In this document: positions 8,982-18,913 of the stretch, piece by piece | Layout: each line of letters begins with the position of its first letter | Numbering within the stretch: position 1 is the first letter of the stretch | NCBI GenBank assembly: GCA_037447475.1 | Contig: JBBIGP010000008.1 | Span: forward strand, 143-64,142 | Origin: Candidatus Aminicenantes bacterium | GTDB taxonomy: Bacteria; Acidobacteriota; Aminicenantia; Aminicenantales; Saccharicenantaceae | Length of the DNA: 64,000 nt | Reading direction: 5' to 3' | Translations under genes and position numbers: made by a program | Notes under the pieces: generated by a model | The model's database searches: none | What the model was told of the DNA's origin: nothing | The model's input: only the letters and a program-made list of their open reading frames with translations

Positions 8982-11684
8982 ATGACGCCCCAAGCGCCCG
9001 TTCGTCTCCGCTGCGAATACCTGCCCGAGCCGCTCGGGGTGGACACCACAGCCCCCCGACTGTCTTGGTCCCTGGAAAGCCACCGGCGCGGGGACCTTCA
9101 GACGGCTTTCCAGGTCCTCGTCTCCTCCGCCCCCGATCTTCTCGCGAGCGACATCGGCGACCTCTGGGACACGGGGAGGACCCAGGAGGACCGGCGCCCG
9201 CATCTCGAATACGAAGGGGAGCCTCTCTCGAGCTGCGCCCGGTACCACTGGAAGGTCCGCTGGTGGGACAGGGACGGCGCCGCCAGTCCATGGAGCGAGC
9301 CGGCCTCTTTCGTGACCGGATTCCTTCAGGAGGGGGACTGGAAGCCGAAATGGATCACGGCCCGCGAGGTCCGGGAGTTCCGGACCAAAGGGACCGTTCT
9401 CCTGGGCCACCCTGGCGCCGACGAGACCCAGGCCCACGCCGTCTACTTGCGGAAGGAGTTCGCCCTCAAGGAGCGGGTCTCTCTGGCCATGATCTTCATC
9501 TGCGGGCTCGGGCACTACGAGCTCCGGCTGAACGGCGGGCGCGTCGGCACGAACGTCCTCGATCCGGGCTGGACGGACTATGCGAAGAGGGCCCTCTATG
9601 CGTCCCATGACGTCACGGGCCTCGTCCGCGGCCGGAACGCCGTCGGGGTCATCCTCGGCAACGGCCGGCACATCAAGAGCTACGGGTACGGCGGGCCCCG
9701 GCTGGCCTGCCGCATCGAGGTCGAATACGAGAGCGGCGGCCGGGAGATCGTGTTCGCGGACGAAAGCTGGAAGACCTCGGCCGGGCCTCTCAAGGAGAAC
9801 GGGCTCTATCACGGCGAACGGTATGACGCCCGCCTGGAGATGGATGGCTGGGACCGGCCCGGCTTCGACGACCGGGGCTGGGCCAAGGCGGCGGCCGCCG
9901 GCGGCCCGCCGCTCGCATCGCAGATGATGCCCCCCGTCCGGGTCGTCGAGCGGCTCAAGCCGGTGTCCGTCGACCGCCTGCCCTCCGGCGCGGCCGTCTT
10001 CGATTTCGGCCAGAACTTCTCCGGCTGGGTCCGGCTGAAGGTCCAGGGACCCAAAGGCGCTGAGGTCCGGCTGCGTCACGCCGAGCTCCTCCACGAGGAC
10101 GGCTCGCTCAACGTCGGGCCCAACGAGAACGCCGAGGCCACGGACGTCTACATCCTTCGGGGCGGTCCCGGCGAGACCTGGGAGCCCCGGTTCACCTATC
10201 ACGGCTTTCGCTACGTCGAGCTCAGCGGTTATCCCGGCGAGCCGGGCCCCGAGGCCCTGGAAGGCTGTTTCGTTCACTCCGACGTCCCCCCCGCGGGCTC
10301 TTTCCGCTGTTCGAACGGCCTTTTCAACCGCGTCCACCGCTGCGTCCTCTACGGGCAGCTTTCCAACCTGATGAGCATCCCGACCGACTGCCCGCAGCGC
10401 GACGAGCGCCACGGATGGCTGGGCGACGCCCACCTGTCGGCCGAGGAGGCCGTCTTCAACTTCGACATGGCCGCTTTCTATGCCAAGTTCCTCGAGGACG
10501 TCCGCATGGCCCAAAGGGACGACGGCAGCCTGCCCGACGTCGTCCCTCCCTATCTGCCGCGGCTCTACCCGGCCGATCCCGCCTGGAGCTCGGCGTATCC
10601 GACCCTCGTCGCCCTGCTATGGGACCACTACGCCGACAGGCGCCTCGTCGCCCGCCATTACCCCTCTCTCAAGAGATACGTCGAGTTCCTCGAGCGCAGC
10701 TCCGACGGCTTGATCGTCAAGTCGCTCGGGAAATACGGCGACTGGTGCCCGCCGGGCAGCATCGTGCCCAAGAAGACGCCCGTCGAGCTGACCTCGACAT
10801 GGTACTTCTATCACGACGTCCTCATCCTTGCCCGGCTCGCCTCCGTCCTCGACCGCGACGAAGAGGCCCGGGGCTACGAAAGGCTCGCGGCGGCCATCCG
10901 CGACGCTTTCAACAAAGCCTTCCTGGGCGAGACCCAATACGCCGCGATCCGCGTCAGCCGGGTCGACAACTATCCCAATCAGACCTCCAACGCCCTGCCG
11001 CTCTATCTGAACATGGCTCCGGCCGACAAGAAGGCCCGCGTCCTGGAGAGCCTCCTTCAGAGCGTCGTCCGCCAGCAGGACGGCCATGTCGACACGGGCA
11101 TCCTCGGGACGAGGTACATCCTCGACGTCTTGGTCGAGAACGGCCGCGCGGACGCCGCCTACCGGATGGCGACCCACACGAGCTATCCGGGCTGGGGCTA
11201 CATGCTCGCCGAGGGCGCGACGACCCTGTGGGAAAGATGGGAGAAGCTGACCGGCCACGCCATGAACTCCCAGAACCACATCATGCTCGGCAGCGTGGAC
11301 GCCTGGTTCTACAGGACGATCGCCGGGCTCACCCCGCTCCGTCCGGGCTGGAGAGCCGTCCGCGTGAAGCCCCACGTCCTCGGCGACCTGACATCGGCCG
11401 AGGCCAGCCTGGAGACCGTGGCCGGCAAGGTCCGCTCGGCCTGGAGAAAGGGCGACGGAACGTTCGTCCTGGAAGCCGCGGTCCCGGTCGGTTCCAGCGC
11501 GGAGATCCACGTGCCCCTCCTCTGGCCCGGCGCCCGGATCCTCGAGTCCGGAAAGGCCGTCTGGCGCCCGGGCCGGGCCTGCGAGCCCGCTCCCGGCATC
11601 GTTCCGGCTGGGGAGGAGAACGGATACGCCCTTTTCCGAACAGGGAGCGGCGAGTACCGGTTCGAGCTGAGAAAAGAGGGCTAG
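8982..11684 (+). CDS. alpha-L-rhamnosidase (GH78 family)
   Basis: 900-aa ORF. The N-terminus LRCEYLPEPLGVDTTAPRLSWSL is a typical GH78 start. The six-hairpin catalytic region has DCPQRDERHGWLGDA and GATTLWERW. Confidence 0.85.
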   Translation: MTPQAPVRLRCEYLPEPLGVDTTAPRLSWSLESHRRGDLQTAFQVLVSSAPDLLASDIGDLWDTGRTQEDRRPHLEYEGEPLSSCARYHWKVRWWDRDGAASPWSEPASFVTGFLQEGDWKPKWITAREVREFRTKGTVLLGHPGADETQAHAVYLRKEFALKERVSLAMIFICGLGHYELRLNGGRVGTNVLDPGWTDYAKRALYASHDVTGLVRGRNAVGVILGNGRHIKSYGYGGPRLACRIEVEYESGGREIVFADESWKTSAGPLKENGLYHGERYDARLEMDGWDRPGFDDRGWAKAAAAGGPPLASQMMPPVRVVERLKPVSVDRLPSGAAVFDFGQNFSGWVRLKVQGPKGAEVRLRHAELLHEDGSLNVGPNENAEATDVYILRGGPGETWEPRFTYHGFRYVELSGYPGEPGPEALEGCFVHSDVPPAGSFRCSNGLFNRVHRCVLYGQLSNLMSIPTDCPQRDERHGWLGDAHLSAEEAVFNFDMAAFYAKFLEDVRMAQRDDGSLPDVVPPYLPRLYPADPAWSSAYPTLVALLWDHYADRRLVARHYPSLKRYVEFLERSSDGLIVKSLGKYGDWCPPGSIVPKKTPVELTSTWYFYHDVLILARLASVLDRDEEARGYERLAAAIRDAFNKAFLGETQYAAIRVSRVDNYPNQTSNALPLYLNMAPADKKARVLESLLQSVVRQQDGHVDTGILGTRYILDVLVENGRADAAYRMATHTSYPGWGYMLAEGATTLWERWEKLTGHAMNSQNHIMLGSVDAWFYRTIAGLTPLRPGWRAVRVKPHVLGDLTSAEASLETVAGKVRSAWRKGDGTFVLEAAVPVGSSAEIHVPLLWPGARILESGKAVWRPGRACEPAPGIVPAGEENGYALFRTGSGEYRFELRKEG

Positions 11685-13078
11685 CGCAGGAACTTCCTGA
11701 AGAGCCGGGCCGCTTCTCCGTAGGCCTCGATCGTCCGGTCCAGGTCCTTCCGCCGGTGCGAAACGGACGCGGCGCCTCCGCCGTGGACGACGTTGACCCC
11801 GTGGACGAGGAGGGCCAGCTTGAGCACCTCTTCCCTCAGGGCGACGTCCGAGCGCCGGTCATCGAGGACATCCCGCGGGCTTCGTACCGGGGCCTTCCCT
11901 CTCGGGAAGTGGACCATGAAGAGCGAGCTGCCGGGAACGACCTCGTTGCCCGACCCCGTGCATCTCGCTTCGACCCCCGCGGCGGCGAAGGCCTTTTCGA
12001 TCCCCGCCCTCAGCCGCTCGCCCGCGCTCGCCAGCCGGGGATAGATCGAGGAGGCGTTCGCGACGAGGTGACGGAGCATGATCAGCCCGGCCTTCATGTA
12101 TTCGGAATGGGCGGAGAATGTCCCCCCTTCGAAAAGGACTCGAGCGCGCCGTCCCGGCTCACGTCGGCAGCCCTCCATGATCCGCCGATCGCCGACGACG
12201 GCCGAAACGGCATGGCCGCCGCCGATGATCTTGCCGAAGGCCGACAGGTCGGGACGCACGCCGTAGAGCGTCTGGAGGCCGGTGGGCCCGAAACGGAAGC
12301 CCGATACGATCTCGTCGAAGACGAGCAGGGCCCCGTGCTTCGCGGTCAGCGTCCGGGCCCGTTCGAGATAGCCGCGGGAAGCCGGCAGGAAGCCTCCGAC
12401 CCCCATGAACGGCTCGACGATGAACGCGGCGATGCGGTCGCCCTCGGCCCGGAAGATCCGCTCCAGGTCGTCGACGTCGTCGAACCGGGTGATGAGCGTC
12501 CGGCGCAAAATGTCGTCGAGCAGGCCCGCCGACTCCCGGCCCTCGAAACCCGGTCCCGGATGGTATTTCACGCCCTTGAGGAGATAGGGCGAGGAGCCGT
12601 GCCATCCGCCGCCGACCTTCAGGACAAGCCCCCGTCCGGTCAGGCCCTGAGCCAGCATGACCGCATACATCGTCGCCAGCGTCCCCGATGTCGTGAACCG
12701 GACCTTGAGGTCCCCTCCGCCGAGACTGCGGACGATGAGCTCGGCGAGCTCGACCTGATGGCCGGCCTCGAACCCCGTGTGGAGCGCGCCGCGGCCGAGA
12801 CAGCCCGCGATCTCCCGCCGTATCAGCGGGGGGTTGTGGCCGAGGATGTTCGCGTAGTGGCCCTGCCAGTAATCGACATACTCGTTGCCGTCGACATCGC
12901 GGACGTACGGCCCATCTGCCCGGACGGCGAAGAACGGATAGGGGCGCCAGAGCCGGATCGTGTGGCTCCCCCCCTCGACGAGGACCTTCTCCGCCCGCGC
13001 GAAGGCCCACCGGCTCTTGGCCGTCCTCTTCTTGTACTCGCGGACCAGGTATCCGCGGAGCCTGTCGGTCCCTGTCAT
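11681..13078 (-). CDS. class III (GSA-aminomutase-like) PLP-dependent aminotransferase
   Basis: FIVEPFMGVGGF...LVFDEIVSGFRFG...DLSAFGKIIGGG (PLP lysine). I prefer ATG 13078 (MTGTDRL), which has a GAGAGGA SD, over the track's TTG at 13090. Confidence 0.85.
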   Translation of the reverse strand: MTGTDRLRGYLVREYKKRTAKSRWAFARAEKVLVEGGSHTIRLWRPYPFFAVRADGPYVRDVDGNEYVDYWQGHYANILGHNPPLIRREIAGCLGRGALHTGFEAGHQVELAELIVRSLGGGDLKVRFTTSGTLATMYAVMLAQGLTGRGLVLKVGGGWHGSSPYLLKGVKYHPGPGFEGRESAGLLDDILRRTLITRFDDVDDLERIFRAEGDRIAAFIVEPFMGVGGFLPASRGYLERARTLTAKHGALLVFDEIVSGFRFGPTGLQTLYGVRPDLSAFGKIIGGGHAVSAVVGDRRIMEGCRREPGRRARVLFEGGTFSAHSEYMKAGLIMLRHLVANASSIYPRLASAGERLRAGIEKAFAAAGVEARCTGSGNEVVPGSSLFMVHFPRGKAPVRSPRDVLDDRRSDVALREEVLKLALLVHGVNVVHGGGAASVSHRRKDLDRTIEAYGEAARLFRKFLR

Positions 13079-13099
13079 AGGTCCTCTCAAAGACCACCC

Positions 13100-13128
13100 A
13101 TTTAACAGCCTCGGTCCGCCAAAGTCAA
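13100..13128 (-). promoter_or_regulatory. candidate sigma70 promoter for the aminotransferase gene
   Basis: Minus strand reads TTGACT (13123-13128), 17-nt spacer, TTAAAT (13100-13105). Confidence 0.45.
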
Positions 13129-13211
13129 ATCCCGTTCAACCGATGGGCGCCGGGTTTGACGGTCCCCTGCCCCGTTGAGGAGAATGATTCAGGTTCTAAA
13201 AAACGGAAGTC

Positions 13212-13241
13212 GTTGACTGAATGATAGTTATAGTGATATAA
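13212..13241 (+). promoter_or_regulatory. near-consensus sigma70 promoter for the NPP-paralogue operon
   Basis: TTGACT (13212-13217), 18-nt spacer, TATAAT (13236-13241), in an AT-rich island. ATG 13258 follows 16 nt later with no visible SD. Confidence 0.6.
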
Positions 13242-13257
13242 TTCTAGTTTCATAGAT

Positions 13258-14553
13258 ATGGCCAAGCCGAAGAACAAGAAAATCAACAAAGTCTGCGTCA
13301 TCGGACTCGACGGCGTCCCCTACGGCATGATCGTCGACCTGGCTCAGCGCGGCGTCATGTCGACCATGGCCCGCCTGATGGATTCCGGCCGCCTCCACAA
13401 GATGAAGGCCAGCCTGCCGGAGATCTCCGCCGTGTCCTGGACGAATTTCATGACCGGGGCCAACTCCGGAACCCACGGCATTTTCGGCTTCACCGACCTC
13501 AAGCCCCAGTCCTACGAGATCCGGTATCCCAACTACCTGGATGTCAAGTCCCCGACCATTTGGGACAAGCTCGGCGCCAAGGGGCGGACGAGCATCGTCA
13601 TCAACCAGCCTTCGACCTATCCCGCCCGGGACATCAAGGGCGTTCTCGTGTCCGGGTTCGTGGCCATCGAGCTGGCCAAGGCCGTGAGGCCCATGTCCCT
13701 GAGGGCCGTCCTCGAGCAGATGGGCTATCAGATCGACATCGACATCCTCAAGTGCCGCGAAAATCCCGGCGTCCTCTGGCAGGAGCTCGCCAAGACCATG
13801 TCCGGCCGCCAGAAGGCCCTCAATCACTTCTGGGAAGAGAGCTGGGACTACTTCGAGTTCGTCATCACCGGCACGGACCGCCTCCACCACTTTCTCTGGA
13901 GGGCCTACGAGGACCGAGCCCATCCCTACCACCAGAACTTCCTCGATTTCTACCGCTACATCGACCGTCTCATCGGCAAGATCCTCTCGTCCTATCAGAA
14001 ACTCACGGGGGGCGAGGAAGGGTTCTATATCCTGTCCGACCACGGATTCACGGGCGCCGTCCAGGAGGTCAACCTGAACGCCTGGCTGAGTGCCAACGGC
14101 TACCTGAAATTCTCCAAGCCCGAGCCGGAAGGGCTTCAAGACATCGCCGGCCGGACCAAGGCGTTCGCCCTCGATCCCAACCGGATCTACATCAACCTCA
14201 AGAACAAGTTCCCCAAGGGCTATGTCGAGCGCTCCGCCAAGAAGGCCCTCAAAGAGGACATCGCCCGCAAGCTCGAGAAGCTCGAATTCCAAGGCCGGAA
14301 GGCCGTCCGCAAGGTCGTCTTCGCGGAGAGCGTTTATTCGGGCCCGCTCGCTTCCCGGGGGCCCGACCTCATCGTCCTGGGCGAGCCGGGCTTCGACATG
14401 AAGGGGTCGGTCAAGAAGACAGAGATCTTCGGGCGGCCGGATCTCCAGGGCATGCACACCTGGGACGACGCCTTCTTCTGGTCCGCGAAGGACCACGGTC
14501 CCGACCTGTCCATCGAGGACCTGGCCCCGATCATCCTGGACAACTTCGCATGA
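13258..14553 (+). CDS. alkaline-phosphatase superfamily protein, type I phosphodiesterase/nucleotide pyrophosphatase-like (paralogue 1, no signal peptide)
   Basis: VCVIGLDGVP (metal Asp), PEISAVSWTNFMTG (nucleophile segment), ILSDHGF (C-terminal metal site). 431 aa, with a hydrophilic N-terminus. Confidence 0.8.
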   Translation: MAKPKNKKINKVCVIGLDGVPYGMIVDLAQRGVMSTMARLMDSGRLHKMKASLPEISAVSWTNFMTGANSGTHGIFGFTDLKPQSYEIRYPNYLDVKSPTIWDKLGAKGRTSIVINQPSTYPARDIKGVLVSGFVAIELAKAVRPMSLRAVLEQMGYQIDIDILKCRENPGVLWQELAKTMSGRQKALNHFWEESWDYFEFVITGTDRLHHFLWRAYEDRAHPYHQNFLDFYRYIDRLIGKILSSYQKLTGGEEGFYILSDHGFTGAVQEVNLNAWLSANGYLKFSKPEPEGLQDIAGRTKAFALDPNRIYINLKNKFPKGYVERSAKKALKEDIARKLEKLEFQGRKAVRKVVFAESVYSGPLASRGPDLIVLGEPGFDMKGSVKKTEIFGRPDLQGMHTWDDAFFWSAKDHGPDLSIEDLAPIILDNFA

Positions 14554-16697
14554 CCCGCCTCGCAAGGACGATCGCCCTCCTTCTCGCTGCCGTCGGGGGC
14601 CCTGCCTTTCTGGCGCTCCCACTCGAGGGGTACGTCGGGCCGGGGGCGGGCTTCGCGTTCCTGTCCTCCTTCCTCGTCCTGTTCCTGACGTTCTTCATGG
14701 CCGTGTTCACCTTCCTGTCGTGGCCGTTCCGCTTTCTCTGGCGGGCCGTGCGCGGTCAGCGGGCCTTCAGGAAGAGCGCCGTCGACCGGGTCATCATCCT
14801 CGGCCTCGACGGCCTGGAGCCGACGCTCGCCGAGAGGTACATGGCCGAGGGCAAGCTGCCGAATCTCGCACGCCTCAAGAAGGAGGGCTCGTACGCCCGC
14901 CTTCGGACGACGACGCCCGCCATCTCGCCCGTGGCCTGGTCCTCGTTCATGACCGGCTCGGAGCCGTCCAAGCACAACATCTTCGATTTCCTCAGCCGGG
15001 ACCCGCGGACCTATCTCCCCGACCTGTCCTCGGCCCGCATCGGCAAGCCCCGCAAGACGATGCGCCTCGGCAGGTATCTCATCCCCTTGTCCAAGCCCGA
15101 GATCCGCGGTCTCCGGCGCAGCGTCCCGTTCTGGAAGCTCCTCGGCGAGAAGGGCATCTTCAGCACCATCCTCCGGGTCCCCATCACCTTCCCGCCCGAG
15201 AAGTTCAAGGGCCATCTGCTGTCGGGGATGTGCGCCCCCGACCTCAAGGGCAGCCAGGGGACGTTCGCCTTCTACACGGAGGACGCCGGCAAGGTCCGCA
15301 AGCAGGAAGGAGGCGTCGCCGTCCTCGTGGCCCGCGAAGGGGACCGCATCCGGACGGAGATCTCCGGCCCCGAGAACTCGATGCTCAGGGAGCCCGAGGA
15401 GATGCGCCTGCCCTTGAACGTGACCGTCGACGGGCCGGCCCGCGGGGCCTGGCTCGAGATCAAGGGCCGGAAAAAATTCTTCCTCAAGGAGCGGACCTTC
15501 AGCCCCTGGGTCCCCGTCGTCTTCAAGCCGGGGCTCGGCCTGAAGGTCCGGGCCATCTGCCGGTTCTTCCTCAACTCCCTCGGTCCGCCCTTCGAGATGT
15601 ACATGACGCCCCTCAACATCGACCCCGAGAAGCCGGCCCTTCCAATCTCCCATCCCTTCATCTATTCCGTTTATCTGTCCAAGCTCCTCGGCCGGTTCAT
15701 CACCCTCGGCGAGGCCAACGACACCTGGGCCCTCAACGAAGGGGCCCTCGACGAGGAGGCCTTCCTCGAGCTCGCCTATTCCAACCACGCCGAGTGGGAG
15801 GCCATGCTCTGGAACGCGCTGAAGAAAACGCCCCGCGGACTGGTGACGATCGTCTTTGAAACGACCGACAGCATCCAGCACATGTTCTTCCGCTACCTCG
15901 ACAAGTCCCACCCGGCGCTCGAGGGCTCGCCGGCCCGGATGAGCGCGGCGGTCATCGAGGACCTCTACAAGAGAATGGACGGCCTGGTCGGCCGGGCGGC
16001 CGCCGCCCTGGACGGCAGGAGCATCCTCTTCGTCATGTCCGACCACGGCTTCAAGCCCTTCCGGCGGGGCGTCAACCTCAACTCCTGGTTCCTCCGGAAC
16101 GGGTATCTGGCGCTCAAGGACGGGAAGACGGAAAGCGGCGAGTGGTTCCGGGACGTCGACTGGGAGAGGTCCCGCGCGTACGCGCTCGGCCTCGGCGGCG
16201 TATATCTCAACCTCAAGGGGAGAGAGGCCCGGGGCATCGTCGCTCCAGGAAAGGACGCCGCCGGGCTCAAGGACGAGCTCGTCCGCAAGCTCGAGGGATT
16301 GAAGGACGGGGAGCGGGGGGTCGCGGCCGTCGTCCGGGTCTACGACCGGGACGCCGTCTATGCGGGCCCGTTCAAGGACAACGCGCCCGACCTCATCATC
16401 GGCTACGGCGAGGGCTACCGGGCCTCGTGGGAGGGGGTCACCGGCATCGTCAACGACGTCGTTTTCGACGACAACACCAAAGCCTGGAGCGGGGACCACT
16501 GCATCGACCCCGCCCTCGTTCCCGGCGTCCTGTTCTCCAGCCGGAAATTCGGGGCCCGGGAGCCGTCCATCATGGACATCGCCCCGACGGCCCTCGAGCT
16601 CTTCGGCCTCGCTCCCCCGGTCCACATGGACGGCCGCAACCTCTTCGAGGCCGCCGGTCCCGACGACAGGAAGAAAGGACGACGCGATGAGCGATAA
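14550..16697 (+). CDS. alkaline-phosphatase superfamily/NPP-like protein (paralogue 2, N-terminal membrane anchor)
   Basis: The start ATG 14550 overlaps the upstream stop (ATGA). The N-terminus MTRLARTIALLLAAVGGPAFLAL plus FAFLSSFLVLFLTFFMAVFTFLSW gives hydrophobic helices. Then come ILGLDGLEP, PAISPVAWSSFMTG and VMSDHGF. About 715 aa. Confidence 0.8.
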   Translation: MTRLARTIALLLAAVGGPAFLALPLEGYVGPGAGFAFLSSFLVLFLTFFMAVFTFLSWPFRFLWRAVRGQRAFRKSAVDRVIILGLDGLEPTLAERYMAEGKLPNLARLKKEGSYARLRTTTPAISPVAWSSFMTGSEPSKHNIFDFLSRDPRTYLPDLSSARIGKPRKTMRLGRYLIPLSKPEIRGLRRSVPFWKLLGEKGIFSTILRVPITFPPEKFKGHLLSGMCAPDLKGSQGTFAFYTEDAGKVRKQEGGVAVLVAREGDRIRTEISGPENSMLREPEEMRLPLNVTVDGPARGAWLEIKGRKKFFLKERTFSPWVPVVFKPGLGLKVRAICRFFLNSLGPPFEMYMTPLNIDPEKPALPISHPFIYSVYLSKLLGRFITLGEANDTWALNEGALDEEAFLELAYSNHAEWEAMLWNALKKTPRGLVTIVFETTDSIQHMFFRYLDKSHPALEGSPARMSAAVIEDLYKRMDGLVGRAAAALDGRSILFVMSDHGFKPFRRGVNLNSWFLRNGYLALKDGKTESGEWFRDVDWERSRAYALGLGGVYLNLKGREARGIVAPGKDAAGLKDELVRKLEGLKDGERGVAAVVRVYDRDAVYAGPFKDNAPDLIIGYGEGYRASWEGVTGIVNDVVFDDNTKAWSGDHCIDPALVPGVLFSSRKFGAREPSIMDIAPTALELFGLAPPVHMDGRNLFEAAGPDDRKKGRRDER

Positions 16698-18696
16698 GGA
16701 CCGGGCGGCCCTCAGCCGCCGGGATTTCATCAAGGCCGGGGTCGCCGCCTCGATCGCCGTCGGCCTCGGCGGGGCTTCGAGGTTCGTGCCCAAGGTCGCC
16801 GGCCGGGCCCGGAAGACGACGAAGATGATCGTCCTGGGGCTCGACGGCCTGGACCCCGTGCTGACGAAACGGTGGATCGACGAGGGCCGCCTGCCGGCTT
16901 TCGCCAAGCTCCTCCGCGGCGGGGGCGATCTCAAGGCCCTCGGGACGAGCCTCCCTCCCCAGACCCCCGTCGCGTGGTCGAGCTTCATCACGGGCATGGG
17001 CCCGGGCGGCCACGGCATCTTCGACTTCATCCACCGAGACCCCGGGTCGTACCTCCCGGTCTTCTCGTCGACCGAGACCGTCGGGGCCGCCAAGACCGTC
17101 CGGCTCGGCAAGATGATCATCCCGCTTGCGAGCGGCCGCGTCCGGAGCCTTCGTCATGGTAAGACGTTCTGGGAATGCCTCGAGGACGGGGGGGTGCCGG
17201 CGACGGTCTTCAAGATGCCGACGAACTACCCGCCGGCGGCATCGAAGCAGCGGACGCTCGCGGGCATGAACACGCCCGACCTCAAGGGATCGTACGGCAT
17301 CTTCAGCTACTATACGAACGAACGCCGGGAGATCCTCCAGGAGGCCGGCGGCGGCGGCCGCGTCCACGACGTCTATATCGTCGGCGGCCGCGTCGAAGCC
17401 AGCCTGCCCGGCCCCGTCAACACCTTCCACAAGGACGCCCCCGAGGCGTCCATTCCGTTCCAGGTCTTCATCGACCCGGAGAACCCCGCGGCCAAGATCA
17501 GGATCCAGTCGAACGAGTTCGTCCTCCGGGAGGGGGAATGGAGCGGCTGGAAACACGTCCGCTTCAACCTCATCCCGACCCAGAGCGTTCACGGGATCTG
17601 CCTCTTCTACCTCAAGGAGGTCCGGCCGAAGTTCAAGCTCTACGTGTCGCCCATCCACATCGATCCCGGCCGCCCGGCCCTGCCGATCTCGACCCCCGCG
17701 TCCTACGCGCGGGAGCTCGAGCGCCGCTTCGGCCCCTACTTCACCAAGGGCCTGCCGGCCGACACGAGCGCCCTCGAGAACGGCGTCCTCGACGAGGAGG
17801 AGTTCCTCGAGCTCGACGATATGGTCTACGAGGAGAGCATGGCCATGCTCGAGCACGAGCTCGGCCGCTTCGACTCCGGTCTCCTCTTCTACTACTTTTC
17901 CAACGCCGACCAGCGCCAGCACATGTTCTGGCGGCTGGCCGACCCCGGCCACCCGGCCTACGACGAGAGATTGGCCGCGCGATTCGGCGACGTCATCGGG
18001 CGCACGTACGCCGAGATGGACCGAGCCCTCGACCTGGCCTTGAGGAAAGTCGACAAGGACACCGTGATCCTGGTCATGTCGGACCACGGCTTCACGACGT
18101 TCCGGCGGGGGTTCAATCTCAATACCTGGCTCGTCCGTGAGGGCTACCACCGGCTCCGCAGGCCGTGGCAACAGGAGCGATCGTCACTCTTCGACAATAC
18201 GGACTGGTCGAAAACCCGGGCCTACGGGCTCGGCCTCAACGGCCTCTATATCAACGAGGCCGGGCGGGAGGGCCAAGGGGTCGTCGCCCCCGGCGCCGAC
18301 AAGGACAACCTCGTCCACGAGATCGCCTCCAAGCTCGAGGCCCTGACCGATCCCCGGACCGGCGAACGGGTCATCCGCAAGGCGTTCGCGGCCAAGGACG
18401 CCTACCGGGGTCAGAACCTCAAGATGGCCCCGGACATCGTCCTCGGCTTCAACAGGGGCTATCGCATCTCCTGGCAGTCGCCGCTCGGCGGCTTCCCCCG
18501 GGAAGTCCTGGAGGACAACACCCAGAAATGGAGCGGCGACCACATGTCGGCCCCGGACGTCCTGCCCGGCATCCTCGTCGCCAACAGGCCGATCGCGGCC
18601 GAAGCCCCGGCCCTCCACGACCTGACGGCCACGGTCCTCGGCGCTTTCGGCGTCGAGAGGCCCCGGGAGATGAGCGGCCGGAACGTCCTCGAATAG
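16687..18696 (+). CDS. alkaline-phosphatase superfamily/NPP-like protein (paralogue 3, twin-arginine signal)
   Basis: The start ATG 16687 overlaps the upstream gene by 11 nt. MSDKDRAALSRRDFIKAGVAASIAVGLGGA is a Tat-type leader. Then come VLGLDGLDP, PPQTPVAWSSFITG and VMSDHGF. Clearly paralogous to 14550-16697 over its full length. Confidence 0.8.
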   Translation: MSDKDRAALSRRDFIKAGVAASIAVGLGGASRFVPKVAGRARKTTKMIVLGLDGLDPVLTKRWIDEGRLPAFAKLLRGGGDLKALGTSLPPQTPVAWSSFITGMGPGGHGIFDFIHRDPGSYLPVFSSTETVGAAKTVRLGKMIIPLASGRVRSLRHGKTFWECLEDGGVPATVFKMPTNYPPAASKQRTLAGMNTPDLKGSYGIFSYYTNERREILQEAGGGGRVHDVYIVGGRVEASLPGPVNTFHKDAPEASIPFQVFIDPENPAAKIRIQSNEFVLREGEWSGWKHVRFNLIPTQSVHGICLFYLKEVRPKFKLYVSPIHIDPGRPALPISTPASYARELERRFGPYFTKGLPADTSALENGVLDEEEFLELDDMVYEESMAMLEHELGRFDSGLLFYYFSNADQRQHMFWRLADPGHPAYDERLAARFGDVIGRTYAEMDRALDLALRKVDKDTVILVMSDHGFTTFRRGFNLNTWLVREGYHRLRRPWQQERSSLFDNTDWSKTRAYGLGLNGLYINEAGREGQGVVAPGADKDNLVHEIASKLEALTDPRTGERVIRKAFAAKDAYRGQNLKMAPDIVLGFNRGYRISWQSPLGGFPREVLEDNTQKWSGDHMSAPDVLPGILVANRPIAAEAPALHDLTATVLGAFGVERPREMSGRNVLE

Positions 18697-18716
18697 CCTG
18701 TAAAAGGAGAAACCGC

Positions 18717-18908
18717 ATGGCCGACGCGAAAGTCAGGATCGACAAAAGCCTCTTCGACAAGATCAAGAAGTACGCCGAGATGTCGGGCTATTCCTCGGTC
18801 GAGGAATTCATCGCCCACTGCCTCGAAAAAGAGGTCGCCAAGATCGAGGAGGCCGATTCCGAAGAGGAGATCAAGAAAAAGCTCAAGGGGCTGGGCTACA
18901 TCGGCTGA
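18717..18908 (+). CDS. small ribbon-helix-helix (CopG/Arc-like) protein, 63 aa
   Basis: Strong SD AAAAGGAGA lies 6 nt upstream of ATG 18717. KVRIDKSLFDKIKKYAEMSGYSSVEEFIAHCLEKEV fits a beta-strand/helix/helix RHH pattern and is followed by an acidic tail. Confidence 0.55.
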   Translation: MADAKVRIDKSLFDKIKKYAEMSGYSSVEEFIAHCLEKEVAKIEEADSEEEIKKKLKGLGYIG

Positions 18909-18913
18909 GCGGC

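Noticed and set aside
8820-10514. 564-aa minus-strand ORF
   Set aside because: It is entirely antisense to the well-supported GH78 rhamnosidase gene. The translation is Arg/Gly/Pro/Ala/Asp-rich low-complexity sequence with no recognisable motifs. This is a typical high-GC shadow ORF.
10415-13105. 896-aa plus-strand ORF
   Set aside because: It is an off-frame overlap with the rhamnosidase and antisense to the aminotransferase. The sequence is Arg/Pro-rich with no domain signatures. Stop-codon depletion in GC-rich DNA explains its length.
14334-17120. 928-aa minus-strand ORF (and the similar 16570..18171 ORF)
   Set aside because: They are antisense to the two long NPP paralogues, whose motifs and mutual paralogy strongly support the plus strand. 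The translations are low-complexity.
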